A DNA stretch of 64,000 nucleotides, from assembly GCA_030695415.1 (NCBI GenBank), contig JAUYQZ010000014.1, forward strand, positions 19,965 to 83,964. Reading direction: 5' to 3'. The DNA is from Hylemonella sp. (lineage in GTDB: Bacteria > Pseudomonadota > Gammaproteobacteria > Burkholderiales > Burkholderiaceae_C). Shown piece after piece: positions 38,841-48,754 of this stretch (its first letter is position 1; each line of letters begins with the position of its first letter). The position numbers and the translations under genes were made by a program. Below the pieces are notes generated by a model. That model ran no database searches. It saw only the letters and a list, made by a program, of their open reading frames with translations, and was not told the origin of the DNA.

Positions 38841-39749
38841 ATGCCCGAGACCCTGCTCAGCCCGGCCCAGACCGCCGAACGCCTGCCCTACCCGGCCCTG
38901 GCGGCCGAAATCGCAGCTTTGCTGGAAGATCCGGCCGTCCAGGTCCCCGCGCGCCTGGTCCAGCCCCTGCCCGGGGGCGGCAGCCTGTTCGTGATGCCAG
39001 CGTTGGACGGCCGTCTGGCCATCACCAAACTCATCACCTTCACCCCCGCCAATGCCGGCACCGGCCGCCCCGCCATCCAGGGCGACGTGGTGGTGTTCGA
39101 CATCACCACCGGCGAACGCCGCCTGGTGCTGGACGGCCCCACGGTCACGGCCCGGCGCACCGCCGCGGTGTCCCTGCTGGCAGCCCAGACCCTGGCGCCC
39201 AATCCGGACGGCCCCCTGCTCATCGTTGGGGCCGGCGTGCAAGGCAAAGCCCATCTGGAAGCCTTTGCGGCCGGCCTGGGTGTGAAGGAGGTGCGCATCG
39301 CCTCACGCAGCACGGCCAGCGCCGAAGCCCTGGCCGCCCATGCCCGCGCCTTGGGCCTGCGCGCCGAAGTGGTCACCAACCCCAACGCCGCCCTGGCTGA
39401 CTGCCCGCTGGTCGTCACCTGTACCCCGGCCAGCGGGGTGGTCCTGCGGGCCGAGCCGCGGCCCGATGCCTTCGTCGCGGCAGTCGGCGCCTTCACGCCG
39501 CGCATGGTGGAACTGGCGCCGGAACTGTGCCGCCACCTGGCAGAGCTTGGAACAGTGGTGGTGGACACCCGCGACGCCAACCACGAGGCCGGTGACCTGC
39601 TGCAGGCCCGGCTGAATGTCACGCAGTTCGCCACGCTGACGGAGGTGGTGCGACAAAAGAAAAACCGGCCGCCAGGGCCGGTTCTGTTCAAGAGCTGCGG
39701 CTGGGCCGGCTGGGATCTGGCGGCCGCGCGGCTGGCGCTGCCCGCATAG
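38841..39749 (+). CDS. Ornithine cyclodeaminase/mu-crystallin family (pyrroline-2-carboxylate reductase-like)
   Basis: LFVMPA, TARRTAAVS, GAGVQG, VGAF and LFKSCGWAGWDLAAA motifs. Confidence 0.85.
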   Translation: MPETLLSPAQTAERLPYPALAAEIAALLEDPAVQVPARLVQPLPGGGSLFVMPALDGRLAITKLITFTPANAGTGRPAIQGDVVVFDITTGERRLVLDGPTVTARRTAAVSLLAAQTLAPNPDGPLLIVGAGVQGKAHLEAFAAGLGVKEVRIASRSTASAEALAAHARALGLRAEVVTNPNAALADCPLVVTCTPASGVVLRAEPRPDAFVAAVGAFTPRMVELAPELCRHLAELGTVVVDTRDANHEAGDLLQARLNVTQFATLTEVVRQKKNRPPGPVLFKSCGWAGWDLAAARLALPA

Positions 39750-39755
39750 AAGCGC

Positions 39756-40331
39756 TTACGTCTTCGGCAGCGTCACACCGCGCTGCCCCTGGTACTTGCC
39801 GCCGCGGTCCTTGTAGCTGGTCTCGCAGACATCGTCCTTGTCGCTCTCGAAGAACAGCACCTGGGCGCAGCCCTCGCCAGCGTAGATCTTGGCCGGAAGG
39901 GGCGTGGTGTTGGAGAACTCCAGCGTCACGTAACCTTCCCACTCGGGCTCGAAAGGCGTGACATTGACGATGATGCCGCAGCGCGCGTAGGTGCTCTTGC
40001 CCAGGCAGATGGTCAGCACATTGCGCGGAATGCGGAAGTACTCCATGGTGCGTGCCAGCGCGAAGCTGTTGGGCGGAATGACGCAGACGTCGCTCTCGAT
40101 GTCCACGAAGCTCTTCTCGTCGAAATTCTTCGGGTCCACCACCGTGCTGTAGATATTGGTGAAGACCTTGAACTCGGGCGCGCAGCGGATGTCGTAGCCA
40201 TAGCTGCTGGTGCCGTAGCTCACGATCTTGTTGCCGGCGGCGTCCTGCCGGATCTGGCCCGGCTCGAAGGGCTCGATCATGCCGTGCTGCTCGGCCATGC
40301 GGCGGATCCATTTGTCGCTCTTGATGCTCAT
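39756..40331 (-). CDS. dcd: dCTP deaminase
   Basis: [30 protein letters not shown] and [11 protein letters not shown] motifs. Confidence 0.96.
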   Translation of the reverse strand: MSIKSDKWIRRMAEQHGMIEPFEPGQIRQDAAGNKIVSYGTSSYGYDIRCAPEFKVFTNIYSTVVDPKNFDEKSFVDIESDVCVIPPNSFALARTMEYFRIPRNVLTICLGKSTYARCGIIVNVTPFEPEWEGYVTLEFSNTTPLPAKIYAGEGCAQVLFFESDKDDVCETSYKDRGGKYQGQRGVTLPKT

Positions 40332-40373
40332 GGTGGTGTTTTCCTGGGAATCGGGAGATTGTAGATATTGGTT

Positions 40374-41282
40374 TCAAGGCGCCGAAAACAGCTCGACCAG
40401 GGCCTCGCGCAGCCAGCGGTTGGCCGGGTCGGTCTCGAAACGGCGGCTCCAGTGCAGCGAGACCGTGAAGTCCCTCAGCGGGAAAGGCGGCTCGATCAGG
40501 GTGTAGCCGCCGCCAGCTGCAAAGGCCTGGGCGATGTTGCGCGGCATCACTACCGCCAGATCGGTGGCACCCACGATGGCCGGCAGCACCATGAAGTGCT
40601 CGGCCGTCAGGCGGATGCGGTCTTCCAGCTTAAGCCCTTGCAGGATGCGCAGCGTGTCCGAGTGCGTGCGCCCGGCCACGAACTCCAGCTCCTGCAGGGA
40701 GTCCAGCAGCGCTTGGCCCTTGCGCCGGCGTGCGACGGCCGCAAAGGGATGGCCGGCGCGCAGCATGACGATGTAGCGGTCCTTGAGCAACTGCACCCGC
40801 TGGGTGTCCTTGACGGTGGGCAGGAAGCCGAAGGCAAAGTCCACCTGCCCGCTGTCCAGCGCATCGGCCACGCTGGCCGCCGGCAGGGGCAGGGTCTCGA
40901 TGCGCACGCCGGGCGCACGCTCACGCAACGCCACCATGAGTTCGGGCAGGAAACGGCCCTCGCCGATGTCGCTCATGTGGATGCGAAAGGTCTTGTTCGA
41001 TTGCAGCGGGTCGAACTGCGCCGCCTCGCCCAGGGCCTGCTCTAGCGTGGCCAGCGCGCTGCGCACGGCCGGCGCCAGGCGCTCGGCGCGCGGCGTGGGC
41101 TGCACACCGCCCGCTGCACGCATGAAGAGTGGATCGTTCAGCAGCAGGCGAAGGCGGGTCAGGCCCTGGCTTACCGCGGGCTGGGTCAGTTCCAGCATCT
41201 CTGCTGCCCGGCCGACCTTGCGCGCGCGGTAAACCGCGTCGAACACGCGCAGCAGGTTCAGGTCCAGATCCTTGATATGCAT
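40374..41282 (-). CDS. LysR family regulator (NahR/DntR-like), divergent from iorAB
   Basis: DLDLNLLRVF..AAEML.LTQPAVSQGL.RLR HTH; DPANRWLR C-terminus. Confidence 0.92.
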   Translation of the reverse strand: MHIKDLDLNLLRVFDAVYRARKVGRAAEMLELTQPAVSQGLTRLRLLLNDPLFMRAAGGVQPTPRAERLAPAVRSALATLEQALGEAAQFDPLQSNKTFRIHMSDIGEGRFLPELMVALRERAPGVRIETLPLPAASVADALDSGQVDFAFGFLPTVKDTQRVQLLKDRYIVMLRAGHPFAAVARRRKGQALLDSLQELEFVAGRTHSDTLRILQGLKLEDRIRLTAEHFMVLPAIVGATDLAVVMPRNIAQAFAAGGGYTLIEPPFPLRDFTVSLHWSRRFETDPANRWLREALVELFSAP

Positions 41283-41374
41283 ATTTCTAATAAACGATAG
41301 TCGCGTTATTTTATTGATTAATGAAGGCCGGGAACAGACACTAGCTGGCTGCCGCAAAACAAAGAGGACGACAC

Positions 41375-43540
41375 GTGGAAGTTTCATTCAGCCAGGAAAT
41401 CAAGTCGTTGGCGCTGGGCCAGGGCCAGACCTTTCATGGAGAGGGCATCCTGGCCATCACCAAGGGCCTGCTGCAATCCGGCGTGGCCTATGTGGGCGGT
41501 TACCAGGGGGCACCGGTCTCGCACCTGCTGGACGTCATGGTGCAGGCCAAGCCCTATATGGACCAGCTCGGCGTGCACGTCGAGGCCTGCTCCAACGAGG
41601 CCTCGGCGGCCGCCATGCTGGGCGCCTCCATCCACTACCCGCTGCGCGGCGCGGTAACCTGGAAGTCCATCGTCGGCACCAACGTCGCAGCCGACGCGCT
41701 GTCCAATCTCTCCTCGCCCGGCGTCACGGGCGGTGTGCTCATCGTCGTGGGCGAGGACTACGGCGAGGGCGCCAGCGTGATTCAGGAGCGCACCCACGCC
41801 TACGCACTCAAGTCCGGCATGGTATTGCTCGACCCGCGGCCCGAGCTGGGCCGCATGGTCGACATGGTGGAGCATGGCTTTGCCCTGTCCGAGGCCTCCA
41901 ATATGCCCGCCATCCTGGAGCTGCGCATCCGCGCCTGCCACGTGCGCGGCAGCTTCCAGGCCAAGGACAACCGCATCTCCAAGGTGTCCACGCGCGACCT
42001 GATGGACGAACCCGCCGCCTTCAACTACGAGCGTCTGGCCCACCCGCCCGTGACCTTCCGCCACGAGAAGCTCAAGAGCGAACAACGCGTGCCGGCGGCG
42101 CGCCAGTACATCCGCGAACACCAGCTCAACGAACTGTTCGCCGGCAAGCACAGCGACCTGGGCATCGTGGTGCAGGGCGGCCTGTACAACACCCTGATCC
42201 GCACCCTGCAGCAGTTCGGCCTGGCCGATGCCTTTGGCCAGACCGACGTCCCCCTGCTGGTGCTCAACGTGACCTACCCGCTGGTGCCCGAGGAGCTCAG
42301 CGAGTTCTGCATCGGCAAGCGCGCCGTGCTCATGGTGGAAGAGGGCCAGCCCGAGTACATCGAGCAGGAACTCGCCACCATGCTGCGCCGCGCCAACATC
42401 CCCACGCCCCTGCACGGCAAGGACATGCTGGCCCTGGCCGGCGAATACTCGGCCGAGGTCATGGCCGGTGGCCTGGAGAAATTCCTGCGTCGCTACCGCT
42501 CCGAACTGCTGCCCGCCACCGTGCCCGCTTGGCTGCAGGGCAACCGCGACCGCCGCGCGGCCATCGCCACCGAGATCACGAAACACAGCGGCCAGCCCCT
42601 GCCAGCCCGCCCGCCCGGCATGTGCATCGGCTGCCCGGAGCGCCCGGTGTTCTCGGCGCTCAAGCTGGCACAGGAGCAGGTCGGCCAGGTGCACATCGCG
42701 GGTGACATCGGCTGCCACGCCCTGGCCACCTTCGAGCCCTTCTCCTTCGGCCATTCCATCCTGGGTTACGGCATGTCCCTGGCCAGCCGCGCCGGCGTCT
42801 CGCCCATGATGAACCGGCGTGTGCTCTCGGTCATGGGCGACGGCGGCTTCTGGCACAACGGCCTGCTAACGGGTGTGCAGAGCGCGCTCTTCAACGGCGA
42901 CGACGCCGTGCTGCTGATCTTCAAGAACGGCTACACCTCGGCCACCGGCACGCAGGACATCATCTCCACGCCGGGCGACGAGGCCAAGAACGACGCCAGC
43001 GACAAACGCGCCAGCGTGGTCCACACCAACCAGACCATCGAGACCACCCTCAAGGGCCTGGGCGTGCAGTGGCTGCGCACCGTCACCACCTACGAAGTCG
43101 AGCACGTGCGCCGCACGCTGATCGACGCGTTCACCTCGGACTTCAACGGCCTCAAGGTCATCATCGCCGAGGGAGAATGCCAGTTGGAGCGCCAGCGGCG
43201 CATCAAGCCCTGGCTGGCCAGTCTGCTGAAGAAAGGCAAGCGGGTGGAGCGGGTGAAGTACGGGGTGGACGAGGACGTCTGCAACGGTGACCACGCCTGC
43301 ATCCGGCTTTCGGGCTGCCCGACCTTGACGTTGAAGGACAACCCGGACCCTTTGAAGGTCGATCCTGTGGCTACGGTCATTGATGGGTGTGTGGGGTGTG
43401 GGCTGTGTGGGGCGAATGCGCATGCGGCGACTTTGTGTCCGTCGTTCTACCGGGCGGAGGTGGTGCAGAACCCTTCCTGGCATGAGCGCTTGCTGGCTTC
43501 GGTTCGGCGGTCGGTTGTTCGGGCTTTGCAGCCGGCTTGA
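41375..43540 (+). CDS. iorA: Indolepyruvate (aryl-2-oxoacid):ferredoxin oxidoreductase alpha subunit
   Basis: GGYQGAP, NEASA, CIGCPERP, GDIGC, TPP motif GDGGFWHNG, C-terminal ferredoxin Cys motifs (CIRLSGCP, CVGCGLC). Confidence 0.9.
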   Translation: MEVSFSQEIKSLALGQGQTFHGEGILAITKGLLQSGVAYVGGYQGAPVSHLLDVMVQAKPYMDQLGVHVEACSNEASAAAMLGASIHYPLRGAVTWKSIVGTNVAADALSNLSSPGVTGGVLIVVGEDYGEGASVIQERTHAYALKSGMVLLDPRPELGRMVDMVEHGFALSEASNMPAILELRIRACHVRGSFQAKDNRISKVSTRDLMDEPAAFNYERLAHPPVTFRHEKLKSEQRVPAARQYIREHQLNELFAGKHSDLGIVVQGGLYNTLIRTLQQFGLADAFGQTDVPLLVLNVTYPLVPEELSEFCIGKRAVLMVEEGQPEYIEQELATMLRRANIPTPLHGKDMLALAGEYSAEVMAGGLEKFLRRYRSELLPATVPAWLQGNRDRRAAIATEITKHSGQPLPARPPGMCIGCPERPVFSALKLAQEQVGQVHIAGDIGCHALATFEPFSFGHSILGYGMSLASRAGVSPMMNRRVLSVMGDGGFWHNGLLTGVQSALFNGDDAVLLIFKNGYTSATGTQDIISTPGDEAKNDASDKRASVVHTNQTIETTLKGLGVQWLRTVTTYEVEHVRRTLIDAFTSDFNGLKVIIAEGECQLERQRRIKPWLASLLKKGKRVERVKYGVDEDVCNGDHACIRLSGCPTLTLKDNPDPLKVDPVATVIDGCVGCGLCGANAHAATLCPSFYRAEVVQNPSWHERLLASVRRSVVRALQPA

Positions 43541-43542
43541 GA

Positions 43543-44040
43543 TTGGCGAAACCTGTGTTTTGTCACTTTTGTAGCCCCCCTCTCACCCCCCCGCCCCTCT
43601 CTACCCCCGCCGGGGTAGAGAGGGGGGCCTTGATTTGGTTTCGTCGCGCCGGCTACGCTTCTATGGCCCGGGGCGTCGACATTGCTGCTTCTCGCGCCGA
43701 CTGGCTCGCCAACGGTCGTAGAGAACTCCACGCACTCTGCACGCCACGGCTGGCGGCTGCGCCGGCCAGTGGCGAGACCAACAGCCCCTGTCTCGTGCAC
43801 AGCCGGTCGCGCAGCGACCGCTGTCGTTGGCACGCACAGATCCAACCATTTACCACGACCGCAGGCCAACAATCTCGGCCCGCCATCTATGGCGGAGACG
43901 CCTCGCTCCATAGAAGCCTGTCCAGAAACCAGAACCCAAATCCAGGCTCCCCTCTCTACCCCGGCGGGGGTAGAGAGGGGCGGGGGGGAGTGTGGGGGGT
44001 TACAAAAGCGTCGCAGACAAACAAAGCCAAGCTCCGCCAA
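43543..44040. repeat. REP-doublet (REPIN-like) long imperfect palindrome
   Basis: Inverted arms each carry the 14-bp hairpin CCCCTCTCTACCCC-N4-GGGGTAGAGAGGGG (43594-43625 and 43949-43980). Arm complementarity extends ~110 bp (CTTTTGTA/TACAAAAG, GCTTCTATGG/CCATAGAAGC). Confidence 0.85.
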
Positions 44041-44057
44041 GACCAGAAACAAAAGAC

Positions 44058-45656
44058 ATGAACCAACAACCCATTTCCCTCCTCCTCTGCGCCCTGGGCG
44101 GCGAAGGCGGCGGCGTCCTGACCGAATGGCTGGTCGAGACCGCCCGCCATGCCGGCTACCCCGTACAAGCCACCTCCATCCCCGGCGTGGCGCAGCGCAC
44201 CGGCGCCACCACCTACTACCTCGAAGTCTTCCCCGTGCCGGTGGCAGAACTCGGCGGCAAACGCCCGGTGCTGGGCCTCTACCCCATGCCGGGGCGGCTC
44301 GATGCCCTGGTCTCCAGCGAGCTGCTGGAGACCGTGCGCCAGATCAGCCTGGGCCACGCCAGCAGCGACCGCACCCTGGTGCTGAGCTCCACGGCGCGGG
44401 CGCTGACCACGATGGAAAAGATGCAGATGGGCGACGGCCGGCGCGATGCGCAGGGGCTGCTGAACCTCATCACCGCGCACAGCCGCGCCCACCACGTTCT
44501 GGACATGGCCGAACTCACGCGCCAGGCCGGCACCATCGTCAGCGCCGTGATGCTGGGCTGCATCGCCGCCAGCGGCCTGCTGCCCATGGGCCGCGCCGAG
44601 TACGAAGCCATCCTGAAAGACAGCGGCGGCAGCGCCCAGGCTAGCCTGCGTGGTTTTTCCCTGGGCTTTGACGCCGTGCACGCGCAGCGCACCCAGGCGC
44701 AGTTCATCGAGCAGGTGCTCGCCCCCCATGCTGCGGAACCGGTGGCGCCTGCGGCCGAAGTGCCCGCCCTGCCCGCCGCCGTGGCCGCGCTGTTCCCGGC
44801 CGTGCTGCACGAGATCATCACCCTGGGCCATGCGCGCCTGGTCGAGTACCAGAACGCGGCCTATGCCCAGCGCTACATCGAACGCCTGCAGCAGGTGCTG
44901 GCCGCAGAGCGCAACAGCGACCCGCAGGGCACGCGCGGCTGGGCCGTCACGCGCGAGATGGCGCGCTGGCTCGCGCTGTGGATGGCGTTTGACGACATCA
45001 TCCGCGTGGCCGATCTCAAGAGCCGCGCCAGCCGCTGGTCACGCGTGCAAGGCGAGGTCAAGGCCGGCGAGGCCGACCTGCTCAAGCTCTACGACCACTT
45101 CAAGCCCGGCGCGCCCGAGTTCGCGGCCCTGCTGACCACGGGCCTGGCGCAGCGGGTGCTGGCCTGGGATCGCCGCCGCGTGCTGGCCGGCAAGAACCCC
45201 TGGGCCCTGCCGCTGAAGATCGGCACCCATTCGGTTTTCGGCATGCTGGCCCTACGCGGCCTGGCCATGCTGCGCGCCCTGCGCCCGCTGGGCAGCCGTT
45301 TTGCGGCCGAGCAGGCGCTGATCGATCAATGGCTGGCGGCCGTGGTGAGCAGCACGCAGACCCACTGGTCCAGCGGCCATGAAATCGCCTTGTGCGGCCG
45401 CCTGATCAAGGGTTACGGCAGCACCAACGAGCGCGGCAAGGACAACCTGCTGCACGTGGTGCAGCACCTGGCCGTCAGCGGCCATTTTGAGAACCATGAG
45501 GCGCGCGTCGCAGCGATCGTCGCGGCTCGCCAGGCGGCACTGGCCGACGATGCCGGCAAGGCGCTGGACCACGCCCTGCTGCAGCACGGCGCACCCGCGC
45601 GGCCGGTCAAGGAACAGCCGATCCGCTGGATGCGCCGGCGCCCCGGAGGCGCCTGA
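44058..45656 (+). CDS. iorB: Indolepyruvate oxidoreductase beta subunit family (long form)
   Basis: ALGGEGGGVL, TSIPGVAQRTGATTYYLE, LALWMAFDDIIRVADLK and LIKGYG motifs. Confidence 0.88.
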   Translation: MNQQPISLLLCALGGEGGGVLTEWLVETARHAGYPVQATSIPGVAQRTGATTYYLEVFPVPVAELGGKRPVLGLYPMPGRLDALVSSELLETVRQISLGHASSDRTLVLSSTARALTTMEKMQMGDGRRDAQGLLNLITAHSRAHHVLDMAELTRQAGTIVSAVMLGCIAASGLLPMGRAEYEAILKDSGGSAQASLRGFSLGFDAVHAQRTQAQFIEQVLAPHAAEPVAPAAEVPALPAAVAALFPAVLHEIITLGHARLVEYQNAAYAQRYIERLQQVLAAERNSDPQGTRGWAVTREMARWLALWMAFDDIIRVADLKSRASRWSRVQGEVKAGEADLLKLYDHFKPGAPEFAALLTTGLAQRVLAWDRRRVLAGKNPWALPLKIGTHSVFGMLALRGLAMLRALRPLGSRFAAEQALIDQWLAAVVSSTQTHWSSGHEIALCGRLIKGYGSTNERGKDNLLHVVQHLAVSGHFENHEARVAAIVAARQAALADDAGKALDHALLQHGAPARPVKEQPIRWMRRRPGGA

Positions 45657-45760
45657 GGGCCGCCACAGGCAGTAATTACGCGGATATACAAGGGGCCGCA
45701 CGGGCTGTACATTGGCCTTGTCAGGATGATTGAAACCACCACAAAGAGGAGACCCTGCAT

Positions 45761-46801
45761 ATGCGACAAACCTTCAAAGCACTCACCCGCCTGGCGTCGG
45801 CCTGCACCGTCAGCCTGATTTGTGCAGTGGCTCCGAGCCAGGCCCAGGACAAGCCGGTCATGTTCCGTTTCTCCAGCTGGGTGCCGGCCCAGCACCCTCT
45901 GAACCCCTCGCTGGTTGCCTGGGGCGAAAGCCTGAAGGCGGCCTCGGGCGGCACGCTGACGGCCACCATGTTTCCGGCGCAGCAGCTGGGCAAGGCCTTC
46001 GACCACTACGACATGGCGCGTGACGGCATCGCCGACTTCGCCTACGTGAATCCGGGCTACCAGCCGGGCCGCTTCCCGGTCTTTGCCGCCTCGTCGCTGC
46101 CCTTCCTCATCGCCAACGGCAAGGGCGGCTCGGCCGCCGTCGATGCCTGGTACCGCAACTACGCGGCCAGGGAGATGAAGGACGTGAAGTTCTGCTTCGC
46201 CTTCGTGCACGACCCCGGCACCTTCCACTCGCGCAAGAAGATCGTTCTGCCCACCGACATCAAGGGCATGAAGATCCGCCCCGCGCACGAAGGCGTCGGC
46301 CGCATGGTGACCCTGCTGGGCGGCACCAACGTCCAGTCCTCGGCCCCCGAAGTGCGCGAGATCATCGAACGTGGCGTGGCCGACGCCGTGACCTTCCCCT
46401 GGGGCTCGATCCCGCTGTTCGGCATCGAAAAGGTCACCAAGTACCACATGGACGTGCCGCTGTACGTCACCCCCTTCGTCTGGGTCATGAACCAGGGCAA
46501 GTACAACGCGCTGTCCACCGCGCAGAAAAAGGTCGTCGATGACCACTGCACAACCGAGTGGGCTGAAAAGGTGGCCAGCCAGTGGGCCGACTTCGAGTTC
46601 GGCGGTCACGCCAAGCTTGCCGCCATGCCCGACCATGAGGTCTACAAGCTCACCCCGGACCAGCTCGACGCCTGGCGCAAGGCCGTGGCGCCGGTGGAAA
46701 CCGAATGGGGCAAGGACCTGAAGGACAAGACCGGCCAGGACCCCAAGGCCGTGCTGGATGGCCTCAGGCAGCAACTCGTCAAGTACAAGGCCGCGATGTA
46801 A
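45761..46801 (+). CDS. TRAP transporter substrate-binding protein (DctP)
   Basis: Signal peptide; FPAQQLG, PGRFP and DIKGMKIR motifs; followed by DctQ/DctM. Confidence 0.9.
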   Translation: MRQTFKALTRLASACTVSLICAVAPSQAQDKPVMFRFSSWVPAQHPLNPSLVAWGESLKAASGGTLTATMFPAQQLGKAFDHYDMARDGIADFAYVNPGYQPGRFPVFAASSLPFLIANGKGGSAAVDAWYRNYAAREMKDVKFCFAFVHDPGTFHSRKKIVLPTDIKGMKIRPAHEGVGRMVTLLGGTNVQSSAPEVREIIERGVADAVTFPWGSIPLFGIEKVTKYHMDVPLYVTPFVWVMNQGKYNALSTAQKKVVDDHCTTEWAEKVASQWADFEFGGHAKLAAMPDHEVYKLTPDQLDAWRKAVAPVETEWGKDLKDKTGQDPKAVLDGLRQQLVKYKAAM

Positions 46802-46813
46802 ACAGCCTGGACA

Positions 46814-46838
46814 CGGGCGACGCCATTGACGTCGCCCG
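46814..46838 (+). other. Stem-loop after the TRAP binding-protein gene
   Basis: CGGGCGACG-ccattga-CGTCGCCCG, 9-bp perfect stem. Confidence 0.55.
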
Positions 46839-46869
46839 AGCCCCTGACTTTTCCTGTCTGGAGTCTTGC

Positions 46870-47382
46870 TTGAAGCGCAATTCAATGGATCGTGTGATCG
46901 GCACGATCGAGTGGACCGCCGCGATCTTTGTCGGCATCGTCGCCCTCAACATCTTCGTCGCGGTCATCCTGCGCAAGTTCTTCGATACGTCCATCCCCGA
47001 CGCCTACGACTTCGGCTCCCTGCTGCTGGGCATCCTGATCTTCTGGGGCATCGCCGCCACCAGCTACCGCGGCACCCACATCACGGTCGACCTGGTGTGG
47101 TCCGCCGTAAGCCAACGCACGAAACGCTGGATCGACATCTTCGCGACCCTGGTGCTGCTCTTCGTGGTCATCGTGCAGACCTACACCCTGTTCGACAAGG
47201 TGCTGGTCACCTACCGGGACAACGTGCTCACCTACGACCTGCACCTGCCGACCTGGCCCTTCTTTGCCGTGGCCTGGCTGGGCGATGTCGCCGCCGTTTT
47301 CCTGATCGCCATCCGCACCTGGCGCCTGGTGTTCCAGCCCGAGCTGATCCAAGACCACCCCGAACAACACACCAGCGAATGA
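46870..47382 (+). CDS. TRAP transporter small permease (DctQ)
   Basis: 4 TM segments, VILRKFF and HITVDL motifs; TTG start after GGAG (alternative ATG 46885). Confidence 0.85.
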   Translation: MKRNSMDRVIGTIEWTAAIFVGIVALNIFVAVILRKFFDTSIPDAYDFGSLLLGILIFWGIAATSYRGTHITVDLVWSAVSQRTKRWIDIFATLVLLFVVIVQTYTLFDKVLVTYRDNVLTYDLHLPTWPFFAVAWLGDVAAVFLIAIRTWRLVFQPELIQDHPEQHTSE

Positions 47383-47392
47383 GGCTCCCGAT

Positions 47393-48694
47393 TTGAACAC
47401 CGATCTCGTGGCCGGCCTCGGCTTTGTCGCCCTTTTCGCCCTCATGCTGCTGCGCGTTCCCGTGGGCATGGCCATGGGCCTGGTGGGTGTCACGGGTTAT
47501 GGCTACATCGTGGGCATGGACCCCGCGCTGAAGATGGTGGGCCAGACCACCATGCGCACGGTGACCGATCAGAATTTCGCGGTCATCCCCATGTTCATGC
47601 TCATGGGCGCCTTCGTCTCCGTCTCCGGCGTGAGTCGCGAACTGTTCCGCGCCGCCAATGCCTTCATGGGCCACCTGCGTGGTGGCCTGGGTGCGGCCAC
47701 GGTGCTGGCCTGCGGCGGCTTTGCCGCGATCTGCGGCTCCTCGGTCGCCACGGCGGCCACCTTCTCCAAGGTGGCCTACCCCGAGATGCGGCGCTACAAC
47801 TACCCCAAGTCCTTCGCCACCGGCGTGATCGCCGCCGGCGGCACGCTGGGCATCATGATCCCGCCCTCCACCGTGCTGGCGGTCTACGCCATCCTCACGC
47901 AGCAGGACATCGGCAAGCTCTTCATGGCCGGCGTGCTGCCCGGTCTGCTGGCCATCGCCCTGTACATCCTGACCATCTCGCTGATCGTCATGGCCAAGCC
48001 CGACTTCCTGCCGGGCGGCGAGCGCAAGTCGTGGAAAGAGCGCCTGACCAGCCTGAAGGACGTGTGGGCGCCGCTGGCCCTGTTCGTCTTCGTGATCGGC
48101 GGCCTCTACGGCGGCCTGTTCACGCCCTCGGAAGCCGGTGGCATGGGCGCGGCGGGCGCCTTCATCCTGGGGGTGCTGCGCCGCCGCCTGAACCTGGCGC
48201 AGATCCGCGAAGCCCTGCTGGAGGCCACGCGCACCTCGGCGGCCGTGTTCACCGTGCTGATCGGCGCGCTGCTGTTCGGCTACTTCCTGACCATCACACA
48301 GACGCCGCAGAAGGTCACCGAGTTCCTCACCGACCTGGGCCTGAGCCGCTACGCCCTGCTGGCCATCATCATGGGCATGTACCTGGTGCTGGGCTGCCTG
48401 ATGGACGCCATGGCCATGATCATCCTGACCGTTCCCATCATCTACCCGCTCATCGTCCAGCTCGGCTTTGACCCGATCTGGTTCGGCGTCATCATCGTCA
48501 TGGTGGTGGAACTGGGCCTGATCCATCCGCCGGTGGGCATGAACGTCTTCGTGATCAAGAGTGTGGTGCAGGATGTGACTTTCACGCAGATCTTCCGCGG
48601 CGTGCTGCCCTTCATCGGCATTGACCTCGTCCGCCTCCTGCTTCTGATCGCCTTCCCGGCCATCGCCTTGTGGCTGCCCGGCCGCATGGGCTGA
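47393..48694 (+). CDS. TRAP transporter large permease (DctM)
   Basis: IPMFMLMG, GSSVATAA, GGTLGIMIPPS, FTPSEAG and LIHPPVGMNVFV motifs. Confidence 0.92.
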   Translation: MNTDLVAGLGFVALFALMLLRVPVGMAMGLVGVTGYGYIVGMDPALKMVGQTTMRTVTDQNFAVIPMFMLMGAFVSVSGVSRELFRAANAFMGHLRGGLGAATVLACGGFAAICGSSVATAATFSKVAYPEMRRYNYPKSFATGVIAAGGTLGIMIPPSTVLAVYAILTQQDIGKLFMAGVLPGLLAIALYILTISLIVMAKPDFLPGGERKSWKERLTSLKDVWAPLALFVFVIGGLYGGLFTPSEAGGMGAAGAFILGVLRRRLNLAQIREALLEATRTSAAVFTVLIGALLFGYFLTITQTPQKVTEFLTDLGLSRYALLAIIMGMYLVLGCLMDAMAMIILTVPIIYPLIVQLGFDPIWFGVIIVMVVELGLIHPPVGMNVFVIKSVVQDVTFTQIFRGVLPFIGIDLVRLLLLIAFPAIALWLPGRMG

Positions 48695-48754
48695 CCAGGC
48701 CCGCCTGCTTTCCAAGTTTTGACGTCCCTCTGAAACCCCAAGGAGAACTGCCCC

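Noticed and set aside
43447-44061. ORFs on both strands across the iorA-iorB spacer sharing PPPLSTPAGVERG
   Set aside because: They are translations of the palindromic repeat arms, with no coding-like codon bias.
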